Shown: positions 26,101 through 38,669 of the stretch, in pieces
Layout of the letters: every line of letters begins with the position of its first letter
Numbering within the stretch: position 1 is the stretch's first letter
NCBI GenBank assembly: GCA_032718475.1
Contig: JAUCBJ010008622.1
Location: 1 to 64,000, forward strand
Source of the DNA: Nemertoderma westbladi
Taxonomy: Eukaryota; Animalia; Xenacoelomorpha
Reading direction: 5' to 3'
DNA length: 64,000 nt
Position numbers and translations under genes: made by a program
The notes under the pieces: generated by a model
Told to the model about the DNA's origin: nothing
Seen by the model: only the letters and a program-made list of their open reading frames with translations
Databases searched by the model: none

Positions 26101-26845
26101 CCAATCTCTCTTGTGTGTCTTAACATTTGCAAAAGCAGTTCCTGCATTTGCGTCTTTATTCACTATCCAATTTTTATTGTTGCGAATAACTTCTACGTGA
26201 TTCCACTTGTGAACAAATTTCTCAATGTCCTTTATATACTTCGGTGTTGGGTCATCTTCGCCATGCTGTTTAAACTGATTGTTGCTTTTTAGGTATGTTG
26301 TGACTCCTTTTTCGTAATCTTCTCTTTTTGTTATTACAAATCTTTTTGATCCTTTATCTTGCACACATAATAAAAATTCCTTATTACTTTTTAATTTTTT
26401 AAAAACTTTGCGTTCTAGAACAGTTAAATTATCATGTGTAAAACGAACATTCCTCGGGTTAAAAAGATCATCCCATACCGAAGCTAAAAAAGCTTCAACG
26501 TTTGGGTTTAAACACTTTGACTTATAAAACGTGTTTGTTTTCCATGGTGGTTTCCCTAAGTTGTGTTTATATTCTATTATATGTTGCTCTTCCAAAGTTT
26601 GTTGTTTCAATTTGGGCTTCTCTGTGATTTGATTGGTTTTTGTAAACAAAGTTTCCAACCTCATTTTCTCGAATCATGATCGAATTTGGCTTGCAAAAGA
26701 TGCATAGTCCAAATGGGCTTGTTGTAAATCGAAAGTAAAAGGTGTTGGTACAAATGAAGGCCCTTTGTTTAAAAGATAAATTTCTTCCGGTTCTGGTGAA
26801 AAATCTGGATGTAGCAATTAGGGTAATTACAGCAATACACAACAA
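23133..26845 (-). mobile_element. Penelope-like element (RT + GIY-YIG), probably Neptune-type; frameshifted and interrupted
   Basis: DITNFFPSV, QASGSAMGPSYSC, GRYRDDI, YLDL, IPYGVALRLRRNCS, VTYLVNCLKCRKQGVGS. The C-terminus ...FRIT|PIERV...EGYYQTNLQTLEPYGLN is split by the 23304-24601 insertion. Confidence 0.92.
23304..24601. mobile_element. non-autonomous element with (GTC)n tract and 315-bp tandem units (Crypton- or Helentron/HINE-like)
   Basis: Flanked by a GTGT direct repeat (23300-23303, 24602-24605). (GTC)n at about 23378-23440; units start at 23441, 23756 and 24071. No true TIR. Confidence 0.7.
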
Positions 26846-26986
26846 ACAAATCTGATATACTACTTACTGTATATACAATAATACTACTACAATTTTCGAT
26901 TATTTAACATTTGATTTTTTTTTCATAGTTAAAAAGATCAAAATTTTAAAAATAATCATAAAATATTTATAATATAAGGGAAAAAG

Positions 26987-27434
26987 TCAAGAATCGATGA
27001 TATTATCAACAAATTCAACAATATCTGCTGATTCTTCAGTCTCGACAAAGGATTCTTTTGAAATCATTACAATAGAGAAAGACATAATTTCGTAGGGATT
27101 ATGTCGATTTAGTTGTATTTCAAACTTTTCACCAGCTTCATTGTATTGTGTAATAACAATTAACCCATCTATCATTGATAATAGTAAGATGTTTTTGTAT
27201 TAATTTTCCCTCATGATCAACTTTTAGGTTGTAATCTGAGAGATGAATGGTATTTTCAGAAGCATCAATATCAATTGTGCTTAAAACTTTCCTGGCTTTT
27301 TCAGAAAAATCGATTTTATATTTATCATCTCCTTGGCGGTAAATTGTATAATCAATAACAATATAGGGTTTGCCATCTTCTGCAAAAAATGAATGCCTTA
27401 ATATTGGCATAACCATATCGGAATCAGAAGACAT
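26987..27434 (-). pseudogene. unknown ~150-aa acidic ORF broken by one frameshift
   Basis: Two overlapping ORFs (98 and 62 aa) with protein-like composition in very AT-rich DNA, upstream of the Penelope ORF. Confidence 0.35.
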
Positions 27435-27879
27435 TATTTAATTTATTTTATTGTAAATCAAACAAACAAAGTAAAAACTTTTAAACTAAAACCATTATAA
27501 ATGATTAATTGTGATTAAAGCAAGAGATTATATATAAGATATTTTCAAAAATAATACAGGTCTTAAACCATGAAATAGCCTAAATACGGTTTCTTGGTTG
27601 GTTGATTAGTTGGGAAATACAGTCAAATGAAAATCATTGGGTTGTGCGTAATAATAATAATCAATAATTATAATAAAAACATGCAGTATAATGTTAAGCA
27701 TCATATCAATATGGTACAGATGCGGTAGGGTTAGGTTGAGTAACTATGAAAATGTGACAACGTGTACGTGTACGCGTAGCGGGATTTCAAGTCTCATATA
27801 ACACTCACACTGGTGTTGGTTGGTTGGTTGGTTGGACTAGGACCTAGAGTAACTAGGACCAGACGAGCATCAGTCCAAT

Positions 27880-28543
27880 ATATGTTCTCTGTGACAAAAG
27901 TTAATTGATGTTGAACTTCACAAGCTAACTCTGAGGATAGTGTTGCAGCTAAAAGTTCCGCACATGGTATTGATAGATATGCTTGACTGCCAATTACTCT
28001 AGCCTTTGATGTGAGAAAGGAGACATCAACTTGCCCATCCGATGTTTCACGGCATAACTATAACACTACACCAATTGCTTTCTCACTAGCATCGCTGAAG
28101 GCATGTATTTGATATTTTGGATCTGTTACTTGAACAGGAAAATACCAACGAGGGATACGAACAGATGGCACTTGTTCAATCTCGCGTAACCATTGAGTCC
28201 ATTCATGTATAAGTGCTTGATTTGTCACTGGGTCATCCCAATCTAGTTTCAACTTCCATAACTCCTGAAATAACATCCGTGCAACAAGAACCACAGGACT
28301 GATGAATCCTATAGGGTCAAAGAATGATGCTAGCAAGCTCAGTATTGATCTCTTGGTCCAATGTTCTGGAGTTTTCCATTGCTTCCAGCGAATGTATAAT
28401 TCATCCGTGTTGGGGTTCCATCCGAGCCCCAGGGACTTGGACTCGGGGATTAACTCTACTATTAAGTTATTATCTTGAGCTATATGTAGACCTGCTGGAA
28501 TATGTTTAAGAAATTCTGTTGAGTTGTTGAAACCACCTCGGGC
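27880..28543 (-). mobile_element. BEL/Pao element 2, end of RT and RNase H
   Basis: CLARGGFN, VLGLGWNP, ASFFDPIGFISPV, LWKLKLDWDDP, IPRWY, HAFSDASEKAIG. Confidence 0.92.
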
Positions 28544-28896
28544 TAAACAATTTCAATTCAATTCTGTTTAATCATTTAAAATGACATTGTTGACGCACAC
28601 ATAAATAAAAATGGCGCAGATGCCATATAATAAAATAAGAGATAACACAATTAATTTAAAATATATCGTATCGGGACGATCAGTAAAACGTGGAATAGCT
28701 GTTGAATATTAATACACGTAATTAATGCACCGACTCTACCAACAGGTAAGATTACACGACACCCCACCTCCAATGCACAGTCAAACAAGTGGTAGACAGA
28801 GACAGAGCTTTGACAATTTAGTTATGAGTTGGTTACTATCGGCACAGATTGAAGGAAAAAATATATAGTACAATACGGCTATACGTCTGCAATGGG

Positions 28897-31720
28897 TTAA
28901 ATTATGTTGAAATATCGTAAGATTCGGTCGTGTCTCGCAGTGAAGGAGGATTGAGGAGAGCTGTAGCAGCTTTCTATGAAGTCCCTTTTTGACCGTTCTG
29001 TGACAGTTAGTGACCCTCCCTCTAGTCTCGATAGCAGGGCGTGTTTGCTGTAAGTATAGGTAAGTATGGATGACATGTCCGGCATAGGGAAGTATACACA
29101 GGATTTAGAGTATGAGCTTGCAAGGCCAGCATACGAGCATATGACAGCTGAATTGGTGAGAATTGCAGTTCTCAAGATGGGCTGTAGGATCATGTTCGGG
29201 CATGTTGTACATCTCAATATGGTGCCAATTGCTGCCCTGAAGGCTTCTGTTGATATCGGACGACAGTTGAGGAGGCTGTATACTATTTGATTGCTCGCGT
29301 ATGTTCTAAATGGAGAATTCCACGCAGCGCTTTACGATAATAAATGTCCAGCTGTGCTGCCTCGGACTGAGACAGAGACCCAATGATGAATTTCATTGAA
29401 TAAGTTAGTATTGGAACTGCAATCGAATTCCACATATGACCCAGTGTCTTTGTGCCAAGCCAACGCACAGTCCAGCTGTTCCTGTGGAAGGTGTCCGCTA
29501 CCAAAGCAATAGTGTGTATGCAGAATCCTAAGTTGTTCCCTTCGGGGGTGAATTTGTAGCCGAGAAAGGTCATGGACTGTTCGGAAGGTATTAGATTGCC
29601 GTTTGCTGTTAGAAATGTTGGGGCCTCCTTTGAGCTGTGGCCCTGACTGGGAAAGAAGGTCCACTTCGTTTTGCTGCTTTGAATGTCAAGGTCTACGTCT
29701 TTTAGTTCGTTGGTAATGATATTGATTAGCTGTTCCACCTCTAGTGTTGATTTGGCTGTAATTAGAATATCGTCAGCAAATGCTACGACGCCTAGCCATA
29801 TGTCGTTGATCCTAAATCAGTACCCTTTATTGTCTATCGTCCGCAGAGCGTCCCCTGTGTATAAGTTAAAGAGCAGCAGAGAGAGTAGGGAGCCCTGTTT
29901 GACTCCCTTTGACATGGGAATACCGACCAGTTCTATGATAGGGCCAAATTTTAGATGCACCACTGTACAGGTGTAGTACGCCAGTAGGGATGTGTGGGTT
30001 CAAAATATCTTTAAGCTTCTCGAAGAGGATCACGAAATTCACATTGTCAAAAGCGGCGGTTATGTCGAGCTGACACATGTAGATTGATTCCCCGGATGTT
30101 CGCTGATGCTCTATGCATTCGAGAATGGCTCCTAGCAGTAGGTCTGGGCCGATCCTCTGTTGGTATGCAAACTGGTTTGGCGGCACCAGTTGTTTAGAGG
30201 TGATAAATTCGTGGAGAATGATAGCCTCAAACATCTTGGCGAAAATACTGACAGTGGCAATTGGCCGGTACGAGGGGCGTAGGAGTGGATTTCGGCCCTT
30301 TCCTTTGTACAAGTGGGTAATTATTGTTTCTCCAAAGAGCTTGGGGACTTCTCCTAGTATAAAGCAGGCATTGATTATGTTTGCTAGAATTGGACATATG
30401 AGGTCTGCATCAAGGATGAGGAATTGTTCTACGACAAGGGATGCTATGTCAGGAGCCTTGCCTTTTGATAGCTGTGAAAGTGCCTTCCAAACCATTGAGG
30501 GAGATACTGTTGGGATGTCTGCTGATTTGCATTTCTCTCTAAGTTCCTGCTGCAGTCTCCGTACCTGGGGATCTGTATCCTTGTTTGCCAGATGTTCATC
30601 ATTGAGTTTGTCTCTAATATTCTCCTGGACACTTGATGGTGGAATTATGGATGATTTGTTTTTGAATTTATCCCAGAAATGTTTCGGATCTTTGTGAAGG
30701 AGAGTTGAGTTCCTATGGATGTCGTTTGCAACTAAGTTGTGGGAGAGCCAGTTTTTAAGCCGTCGCACTGAGCGTCGTGACTCTTTGAATGCCCCTTTCA
30801 GAACACTATCGCTGTCCTTGTCCTGCTTGCACCACATCTTATAAAGCTCCTTAGTTGTTTTAGACCTTTCCTGAAGAATAGTCGACCATATTCTAATGTT
30901 TTTGGAGAGCTTGAATTTCTTGCGTAAAGGTAGTGTGGATACTGCAGACTGGAAGATGATATCCTGAAGGCTGTTGGAATATTCATCCAGGTTTGTGTAA
31001 GTCCATTCGGTGATGGGCACTCCTGACTTAGCCTGCAGTTCTTGAATACCTTCACCAACGAGCCTGTTGTACGTAATGACATGGTCCGCTGAGACCTTGT
31101 CCCATGCGAATTTAGTTAAGTGTACTCTTTTCCTTGTGGTGTTGTTGTCTAAAGTGGGTGGGACTTGTATGTCAAAGTTTACAAGAACTGGAACATGATC
31201 GGAGGAATTGTTAATGGGATCTGATTCGAGTATCTTGCCGTGTGTGACCATTTCAATGCCATGGGTCATATCAGTTAAAACGTGATCTATATAGGAGCTG
31301 CCATTTCCACGAAAAGTTATAGTGGGACCTGTAAATTTCGATGATGTGTCAGCAGCGCAGAGATTATTTGAGTGTAGAAAGTTATTAAGTTGAGTCCCTC
31401 TTGGGGTGGCACTGCGTCTCTGAAATCGTGGTCCTTGTAGGGGGACAAGATCGCCATTGGTGTCACAGAGAATGATTGGTGTGGCATTGAGGTTTGCCTC
31501 GAGTATTCCCTCCAACCTTCCAAGAAAATCATTGTATATAGATGAATCTTTGCTGATGTCAGGGGCATAACATGAAAGGATCAGCAGTGGGTTACTCTGC
31601 CCATGCAAACTCCCTCTGATTCCTACAATATCGTCGCCAGAATGGATAGGGGAAATGTCTTTGAGTAGGTCAGCCTGGTACCAGAGCGCTACGCCACCTG
31701 CACCATGCCGAACCATTGTA
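28897..31720 (-). pseudogene. LINE ORF2: partial APE endonuclease and reverse transcriptase
   Basis: GGVALW, CDTNGD, SYIDHV, SDHVPV; YRPIATVSIFAKMFE, QFAYQ, LDITAAFDNV, GVKQGSLLSPLLF, AFADD, FLGY. Several frameshifts and stops. Confidence 0.92.
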
Positions 31721-33409
31721 GTTTTCTGGGATTTCCACTGGCAACATTTGATGCTGGGGTGCCAGAAGTCTGGGCTGTACATGATATCCTAATGTACGCT
31801 ATCTACTGTTAACCGCATGTTTTGCCATGAGTTGTGATGCCAGACCTTAGTGTAGTGGACTTTAATGTCTCTGGTACATAGAAACTCTTCTAAGTCTTTA
31901 GTACTGAAGTTTTTCTTAATTCCTGTTATGAACATGTATGCATATGGGGGTTGAGGTCTGTTACCCGATTGATAGGTACCTCTGGTGCTGGTAGGTTCAT
32001 GGTTTGTGTTGCTGGTCCCATTGCTTGGTCGGAGGAAGCCTTGGTTATCTTCTCTTGTTACTGACTCATGCGGTATGTTGCGAGATCTAGGTGCAACGGA
32101 AATTTGTGATTTCCTAGATGGATGGGGTAATTGATTTGTGTTTGTGGTTGAAGATGGATAAAATTGTCCAGGGTTTGATTGCTTTATATGGCTGTTGTGT
32201 AGAGGGTGTGGGTTTGGGTTAGAAACTGAGGCTCTGGGTATGCTGCTAGTGTTCATTAGTAGTGAACCCCTCTGTTGGGCAGATAATTCATTGTCGTGTT
32301 GTTGTTGTAGTTGCTGAGAGGGAATTGGTTGTTGTTTGCCACTTAGTCCTATGTTAGCACAAGTTCTAGTGGGGGAATGATTGACCCAGTTAACCTTGCT
32401 GGTTTCAGAGATCGCGGCAAACCTGTTACTAGTGTTTGTTGAACTCCTAATACTATTGATGTGGTCTCTTGAGGATCTAGCTGGGTGTCTGGTTTTTGGT
32501 TCCTCCCATGGCTTGGCTGGTGCTGATGATGAGTATGCATTTGGATTAACATCATTATTTTCTACACCCTTTTGCAGTTTGGCTGGGATAATGGGATTTA
32601 GTTTATTTTTGACTGAGTCTAACTCAGTTAAGATGTGGGTTATCTTTGCCTCTAACACTAAGCGTGAATGTCGCTCGTTACTAGCCTCTTCCTGTAGGTT
32701 TATATTCCTTTGCTTGAGGTAAATGTTGTCATTCTCAATCTGGGTCATCCTGGTGTTTGAATTACTGCAACAGCTGTTATTAAGTCTTGTTTCAGTTGTT
32801 GATAGGAATTATTGTCAGACAAATCGGGGTTCACCTTCCTCAGACGTTTCCGGCACACCTCAGACAGACTGCGGTCTTTTACACTGTGCATCAGCTCAAA
32901 TATATCTATAGCTGACTCTTTACCTGATGACCGTGAGACAAGTTCCAGTGAGACAGCTTGGGTCGGAGACATGAAAGGTTTCACATCATGAAACAGCTGA
33001 TCTCTCTATGATGAAAGCAAGCAAGTGTCCAGGCTCGCAAGTTGTTTTGTGAATTGTTTACGTGAGATAGTTAAAAGAGGTGACAAGTCAAAGTCACTAT
33101 ATGTAGGGAAGAGTGAGACTGAGACATGCGGTAGATTGGATTGAGCGGGGATAGAGCCTACCAGACATCTGTTGTCACTTGTTACTACGTGTATTGCTTT
33201 GCTGATTGGAGAATGCGCTGGTATACTGAGGCCAGGTTGCCATTGCTCAGATCGGTCTTTTCCCTGTTTGGTTGGTGACTCTGTTGATAAGCCAGTACCC
33301 TTAGCCTTAACATTCGTAGTAATAATAGGACTCATAATATTTGACTTGAGTGGTGCTAGGGTAAATGACAAGTCCATTTCAATATCCTTGTGTGGTGTTA
33401 GCTTAAAAT

Positions 33410-34010
33410 TGGATAGACACCTCTTTATCCAATCCCGAGCTTCATCACTATCCCTGTAAATCGAAGAAATGTGATTTTGCATTTGTGCAGCAGCAAGTAC
33501 ATAGAGACACAGAAATAGCCCACAGTCATATGTGTTTGATTGTTTACTGTAGGCTGGTGGAAAACCAGTAGCCATCCACTGCCCACTGCTACCCAGTGCA
33601 TTGGAAGTCCGTGGATTTGAGGAGTCAATCTTGTTCAGCAGTTTAATTATGTCGAAAGTGCACGAGTTTGGTAGGTTATGACCAATGGAGTCCAAAAGGT
33701 ACATTGTTTTGTGACGTGTGTCAGCAATATGCAAAACATAATGGGTGCCTCTCAGAACCCCATTCTGGTCGTGTTTGACAACACACTGTGGAAAAAATAA
33801 AATTGAGGGTGGATGTGATAGGTGTCGGCAGATGTAGCGTGGTGCTATGAATTTAATGGCACTGAGAAAATCCCAACCCGGTAAACTTAGTTTGAGTGTA
33901 AGGAGGCTGGAAATAGCAGCCGTGAATGGAAATTGTATTTCCAGGATTCCAAGAAATCCATCTATGATGTCATTGCTAATCCATTTAGTTGAGTTTAAAG
34001 TACACAGAGC
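33410..34010 (-). CDS. Ulp1/SENP-like cysteine protease domain (peptidase C48) within ORF 33006-34157
   Basis: TLNSTKWISNDIIDGF, THYVLHIAD (His), YLLDSIG (Asp), KQSNTYDCGLFLCLY (Gln, Cys). All catalytic residues are present. Confidence 0.9.
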
Positions 34011-34289
34011 TTGATCAGTTGGAACACAAAAGCTAGGGGCTGTGGGCAAAAGCCCATGTTGATATAATGAAATATATTTTGTTTGATCTACATTATTCCC
34101 ATCTTTGTCATTCGGGTGAAATTCAAAATGGTCCAGGAAAACAACCTGCATGGCCACATGTCACTAAATTTTGTAGAGAACCCACAGAACTGCTTCTCTG
34201 GACTTTGAAGAAATCTGTAATCTTACTAATACCTAAACTTGTTTTGTTCTGCACACTTGAGACTCCAGGATGACCTAGATTGGAGTTCT

Positions 34290-35075
34290 TGGAAACCGGA
34301 TGGGAACTCGGCGGATTGGAATCCGGATGGGAACTTGGCGGGTTGGAGTACAGATTGGAACTCGGCGGGTTGGAGTCCAGGTGGGAACTCGGCGGGTTGG
34401 GGTCCGGATGGGAACACGACGGGTTGGAGTCCGGATGGGAACTCGGCGGGTTGGGGTCCGGATGGGAACTCGGCAGGTTGGAATCCGGATGGGAACTCAG
34501 CGGATTGGAGTCCGGATAAGAACTCGGCAGGTTGGAGTCCGGATGAGAACTCGGTGGGTTGGAATCCGGATGGGTACTCAGCGGGTTGGAGTCCAGATGG
34601 GAACTCGGCGGGTTGAAGTCCAGATGGGAACTCGGTGAGTTCGAGTCTGGATAGGAACTCGGCGGGTTGGAGTCCGGATGGGAACTCGGCAGGTTGGAGT
34701 CCGGATGGGTGCTCAGCGGGTAGGAGTCTGGATGGGAACCCGGTGAGTTGGAGTCCGGATTGGAACTCGGCAAGTTGGAGTCCGGATGAGAACTCGGTGA
34801 GTTGGAGTCCGGATTGGAACTCGGCGAGTTGGAGTCCGAATGGGAACTCGGCAGGCTGGAGTCTGGATGGGGACTCGGCGGGTTGCAGTCTGGATGTGAA
34901 CTTGGCGAGTTGGAGTCCAGATGGGAACACGGCATCGGCGGGTTGGAGTCTGGATGATAACTCGGCGGGTTTGAGTCCAGATGGGAACTCGGTGGGTTGG
35001 AGTCCGGATGAGAATTCGACAGGTTGGAGTCCGGATGGGAACTCGGCGAGTTGGAATCCTGATGGGAACTCGTAG
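34290..35075 (-). repeat. 27-nt coding tandem repeat (SSHPDSNPP)n, about 28 units
   Basis: CCGGATGGGAACTCGGCGGGTTGGAGT repeated. Confidence 0.95.
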
Positions 35076-35779
35076 AGACTCGAGGAACTCGAAGATTAGT
35101 AGAGTATTTTTTGTTGGAATCATAGCCGGCACTGCTGGAGAAAGTTTCGTCCACCTTACTGGCTGGTGTGGATGAAGTTTCATCACTAATTTTTACTTTA
35201 CTGGTTACGGTGACATTTTGCTTCTTGTTTGGCCTCGAACCCGGGGCTGCCTTTTGCATAGAGGTAGGCGATGGTTTCCCCTTACTTCTTGTGTGTGGTC
35301 CACTATTTATCTTATTGGTTTTTACTTTTGTTAAATCTGTAGCAATTTTAGTGGAGCTTGCAAACATTTTTGTAGCCCATTAGATTTTTCCCCCTTCTCC
35401 CTGTTTGTTTTTTGTGTGGTGTGCTAGTAGCAGTTCTTGTGATAGGTTGGGGGGATGTAGAGCTAGTACCAGTATTTGATAAAATTTTTACCGGTAAACC
35501 TACTTGAAACTGTACAAACCCCATATGATTCGTGTCCTCAATGGTTGTAGTCTGTATGAAAGTACTCTCCCCGGACGGTTCATCTTGGGTGTGGTTAGAC
35601 AATGAGTCACCCCAGCCCAGGTCATTGGCTGTATGGATGACCGCGCCTTTCCGAACCGGGGTTGACGGTGTGAAAACGGCATGTCGCTGGCATGCGTGTG
35701 TCAGCGTCGCACCGGAAGGAGCGGACGAGTAGATAGAGTAACCCATCGCAGGTATAGTCCCGGAGGGATCGGGCGAGAA

Positions 35780-36560
35780 GCTCGAGGAACCCGTATTCAT
35801 CACCCCGGAGGGGGTGGAAGAGAAACTCGAGGAAACCATCGTCGTCATCACCCCGGAGGGGGTGGAAGAGAATCCCGATGAACCCATCGTCGTCGTCACC
35901 CCGGAAGGGGTGGAAGAGAATCTCGAGGAACACGTCGTCGTCATCACCCCGGATGGAGTGGATGAGAAACTCGAGGTACCCGTCATCGTCGTCACCCAAT
36001 AGGGGGTGGAAGAGAATCCCGAGGAACCCGTCGTCGTCGTCACCCCGGAGGGGGTGGAAGATAAACTCAAGAAACCCGTCATCATCGCCCCGGAGGGGGT
36101 GGAAGATAAACTCGAGGAGCCCGTCATCGTCACCCCGGAGGGGGTGGAAGATAAACTCGAGGGGCCCTTCGTCGTCGCCCCGGAGGGGGTGGAAGATAAA
36201 TTCGAGGAGCCCATCGTCGTCATCCCAGAGGGGGTGGAAGAGAGACAAGAGAAGCCTGTCGTCGTCACCCCGGGTGGGGTGGAAGACCCTTCCATCGTCA
36301 TCGCCCCGAAGGGGGTGGAAGATAAACTCGAGGAGTCCGTCGTCGTCACCCCGGAGGGGGTGGAAGATAAACTCGAGGGGCCCATCGTCATCACCCCGGA
36401 GGGGGTGGAAGATAAACTCGAGAACCCCGTCGTCATCGCGCCGGAGGAGGTGGAAGATAAACTCGAGGAGCCCGTCGTCATCACCCCGGAGGGGGTGGAA
36501 GATAAACTCGAGGAGCCCGTCGTCGTCACCCCTGCGGAGGTGGAAGATAAACTCGGGAAA
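35780..36560 (-). repeat. 42-45-nt coding tandem repeat (GSSSLSSTPSGVTTT-like), about 18 units
   Basis: CACCCCGGAGGGGGTGGAAGATAAACTCGAGG core repeated. Confidence 0.95.
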
Positions 36561-36599
36561 CCCGTTAACAAACCGATGAACCGATAAACCGATAAACAA

Positions 36600-36890
36600 C
36601 CGATGAGTCCTATAGCAACTTCTATTTCATGTTTAAGTTGATCACCAGAGCGGGGGCAATCATCTACATACATATCTCTCTTGATGGTGATCTCCACATC
36701 TTTATTGTAATCATCTCCGAAATCATGCCCACATTGATTGACAGCATTTATCACTACACAAGGGGAGTCTAGTTTACCAAACACATGTACAGTGAACCTG
36801 TAATCGATTGGCTCACCTTCCAGGTCATCATTGTCCCACCAGAGGAATCGTAATGCATCTCTGTCTTCCACAGGAACATATACCTGATTT
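36600..36890 (-). mobile_element. BEL/Pao element 2, RT core upstream of the LINE insertion
   Basis: EDRDALRFLWW, YRFTVHVFGKLDSP, DMYVDD. Confidence 0.92.
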
Positions 36891-37118
36891 TAAACTCCAC
36901 AAAATGGAATTTGGGGGGGATAATAATTCTGAATCTTTAGAAGTTAAAGGTTAAAGTTAAAAGTATTGCATGGTACTGTAACCATGACATATATTATCAA
37001 TTTGTGCTACTAGTATTTTTTGTGCCACATTTATCACATATGAAAAAATACCATAAACACAACCTAAACAGACTTTAATGAAGGGAATTTATGAGTGTCA
37101 TATACGACTTCAGCTATG

Positions 37119-37835
37119 CGGATTCGTGACAGGACAATTGTCACCCGGACAATTGCCCCTCGGACTATTGCCCCCCGGACAATTGCCCCCCGGACTATTG
37201 CCTCTCGGATAAATGCCCCCCAATAGCACTTACCCACCAAACAATAAATTGGCCCAAGGAAAATTGCAAAATAAATAAGGTCGTTCCTAACTAGTAATTT
37301 AGTCTTACTAACTTGTTACAACATTATACAATAATTTTATGTAGCTAAGTCCGTATTATATTTAATAAAACATTCATGTTTGCTTATTTATTTGCACAAT
37401 AATTTCGATATTTTCCAACTGAAGTATTTCATTACAATAATAATAATTATGTTAACGCGCTCTTAAGCCATTCAATTACGTCATAAAAAAGCTATAGCTA
37501 GCATAAAGACAATCAAATTGTTCTAAAAAAAAAATCGTGCATATTTTGAAAAACACAAAAATTAAAAAGTTGACAAATGGTGATCAAATCAAATTGTTCT
37601 AGATAAAATCTTGGATCTTTCGAAAAAAGGAAATAATTTAATGTTTGAAGTGTTGATCAAGATTAATATTACTTGAATTTCATTAAACTATACGAAAACA
37701 TTCAAAGGATTTCTAGATTTAAAACATATTCATTAACCCGTGCAATTATCCGGGAGGCAATAGTCCGGAGGGCAGTTGTCCTCGGGGGGCAATTGTCCGG
37801 GGGGGGGGGGGGGGGGGGGGGGGGGGTGGAGAACC
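37119..37835. mobile_element. MITE with repetitive subterminal inverted arrays
   Basis: (CGGACAATTGCCCC)-type repeats at 37130-37222 and their reverse complements at 37740-37800. TSD not resolved. Confidence 0.6.
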
Positions 37836-38669
37836 CATAAGGCCTTAAAATCAGGTTGATTTGATAATCATTTTTGATTATCGAATTTGTGCTACTTGTT
37901 TCTTTCGTGCCACAGATTGACACATATCCCAAAATGCCATAATCAATAAGTTATTATATAAGGTCATAAAATCTGTTTGATTTGGGGGTGATTTTTCATT
38001 ATCATATTTGCACTACTTGTTTTTTTCGTGGCCCTGGTTCACATTCAAAATTACCAGAAATTTTCTCGAATGTTATATTTTAGTTCTATAATCGTGATCA
38101 GCATCCAAAAAACGCTATTTACAGAATATATTTATTTTAGCAAGCAATGAAAACTTTTGAAAATTTTCGCTCGAAAATTACTTGAGCACAAAAATTAAAA
38201 AAACTATAAAATTGCTGTTTGCGGTTTTGGATTTGGATAAGCTGGCCCAGAGATACAGAAGAATTACAAAAAACATTCTAAACAAAAAATGTGTAAACAA
38301 AATTAGCATTGCATTTTTTATTTCCTTTTGGCCAAATAAAGATTATACACAGTAAAATGGAAACTTTATTCTTTGAGAAAAGAGATCTATCAAAGAAAAT
38401 TCGAATGAGCCTAAAATTAACTTCCTACATTTTAAATCAGGAAGCCAATGGAAATGCATTCCACTGCCCACACTGGATCGACCTAGTAGTACGAAGGACT
38501 TATTCGATCAATGGAATGGTGTCAGTGATTACTACCGATACCAATATGAGCCTAAGTATAATAAGCAAACAAAATGCTATATGACTTCCCCCGCCACCAG
38601 TCCACTCATAAATATTTCACAGCAAAATGATAAATCCAGTCGAATGTCTCAGAAATACTGCTTAATGTT

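Larger units (their letters stand above)
28551..36592 (-). mobile_element. APE-type LINE (RTE group, RTEX/Proto2-like) with a giant Ulp1-protease-containing ORF1; copy 1
   Basis: 7-bp TSD TAAACAA at 28544-28550 and 36593-36599, with a short (TTGAA)n tail. Removing it restores the BEL RT frame IGCL|ARGGF. Contains repeat arrays, Ulp1, coiled coil, RRM-like end, APE and RT. Confidence 0.9.
31721..36592 (-). pseudogene. LINE ORF1 (about 1600 codons, broken): S/T repeats, Ulp1, coiled coil, RRM-like end
   Basis: Consecutive ORFs 35348-36592, 34123-35367, 33006-34157, 32745-32984 and 31789-32748 are linked by single frameshifts or in-frame stops. Ends MFITGIK...LEEFL...MRLTV...DFWHPSIKCCQW. Confidence 0.75.

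Noticed and set aside
33006-34157. Host SENP/ULP gene
   Set aside because: Intronless, inside a TSD-bounded LINE, and colinear with flanking ORF1 pieces.
34290-36560. CRISPR-like appearance of regular repeats
   Set aside because: Head-to-tail units without unique spacers, no cas genes, eukaryotic context.
34226-36599. Several long overlapping ORFs in other frames and strands of the repeat arrays (also 57814-58603, 41055-41594, 56388-56927)
   Set aside because: Stop-free shadows of repeats whose unit length is a multiple of three.
35348-36871. 507-aa ORF fusing BEL RT to a Ser/Thr repeat, resembling a novel chimeric gene
   Set aside because: The TSD at 36593-36599 shows it is a chance in-frame junction of the LINE insertion.
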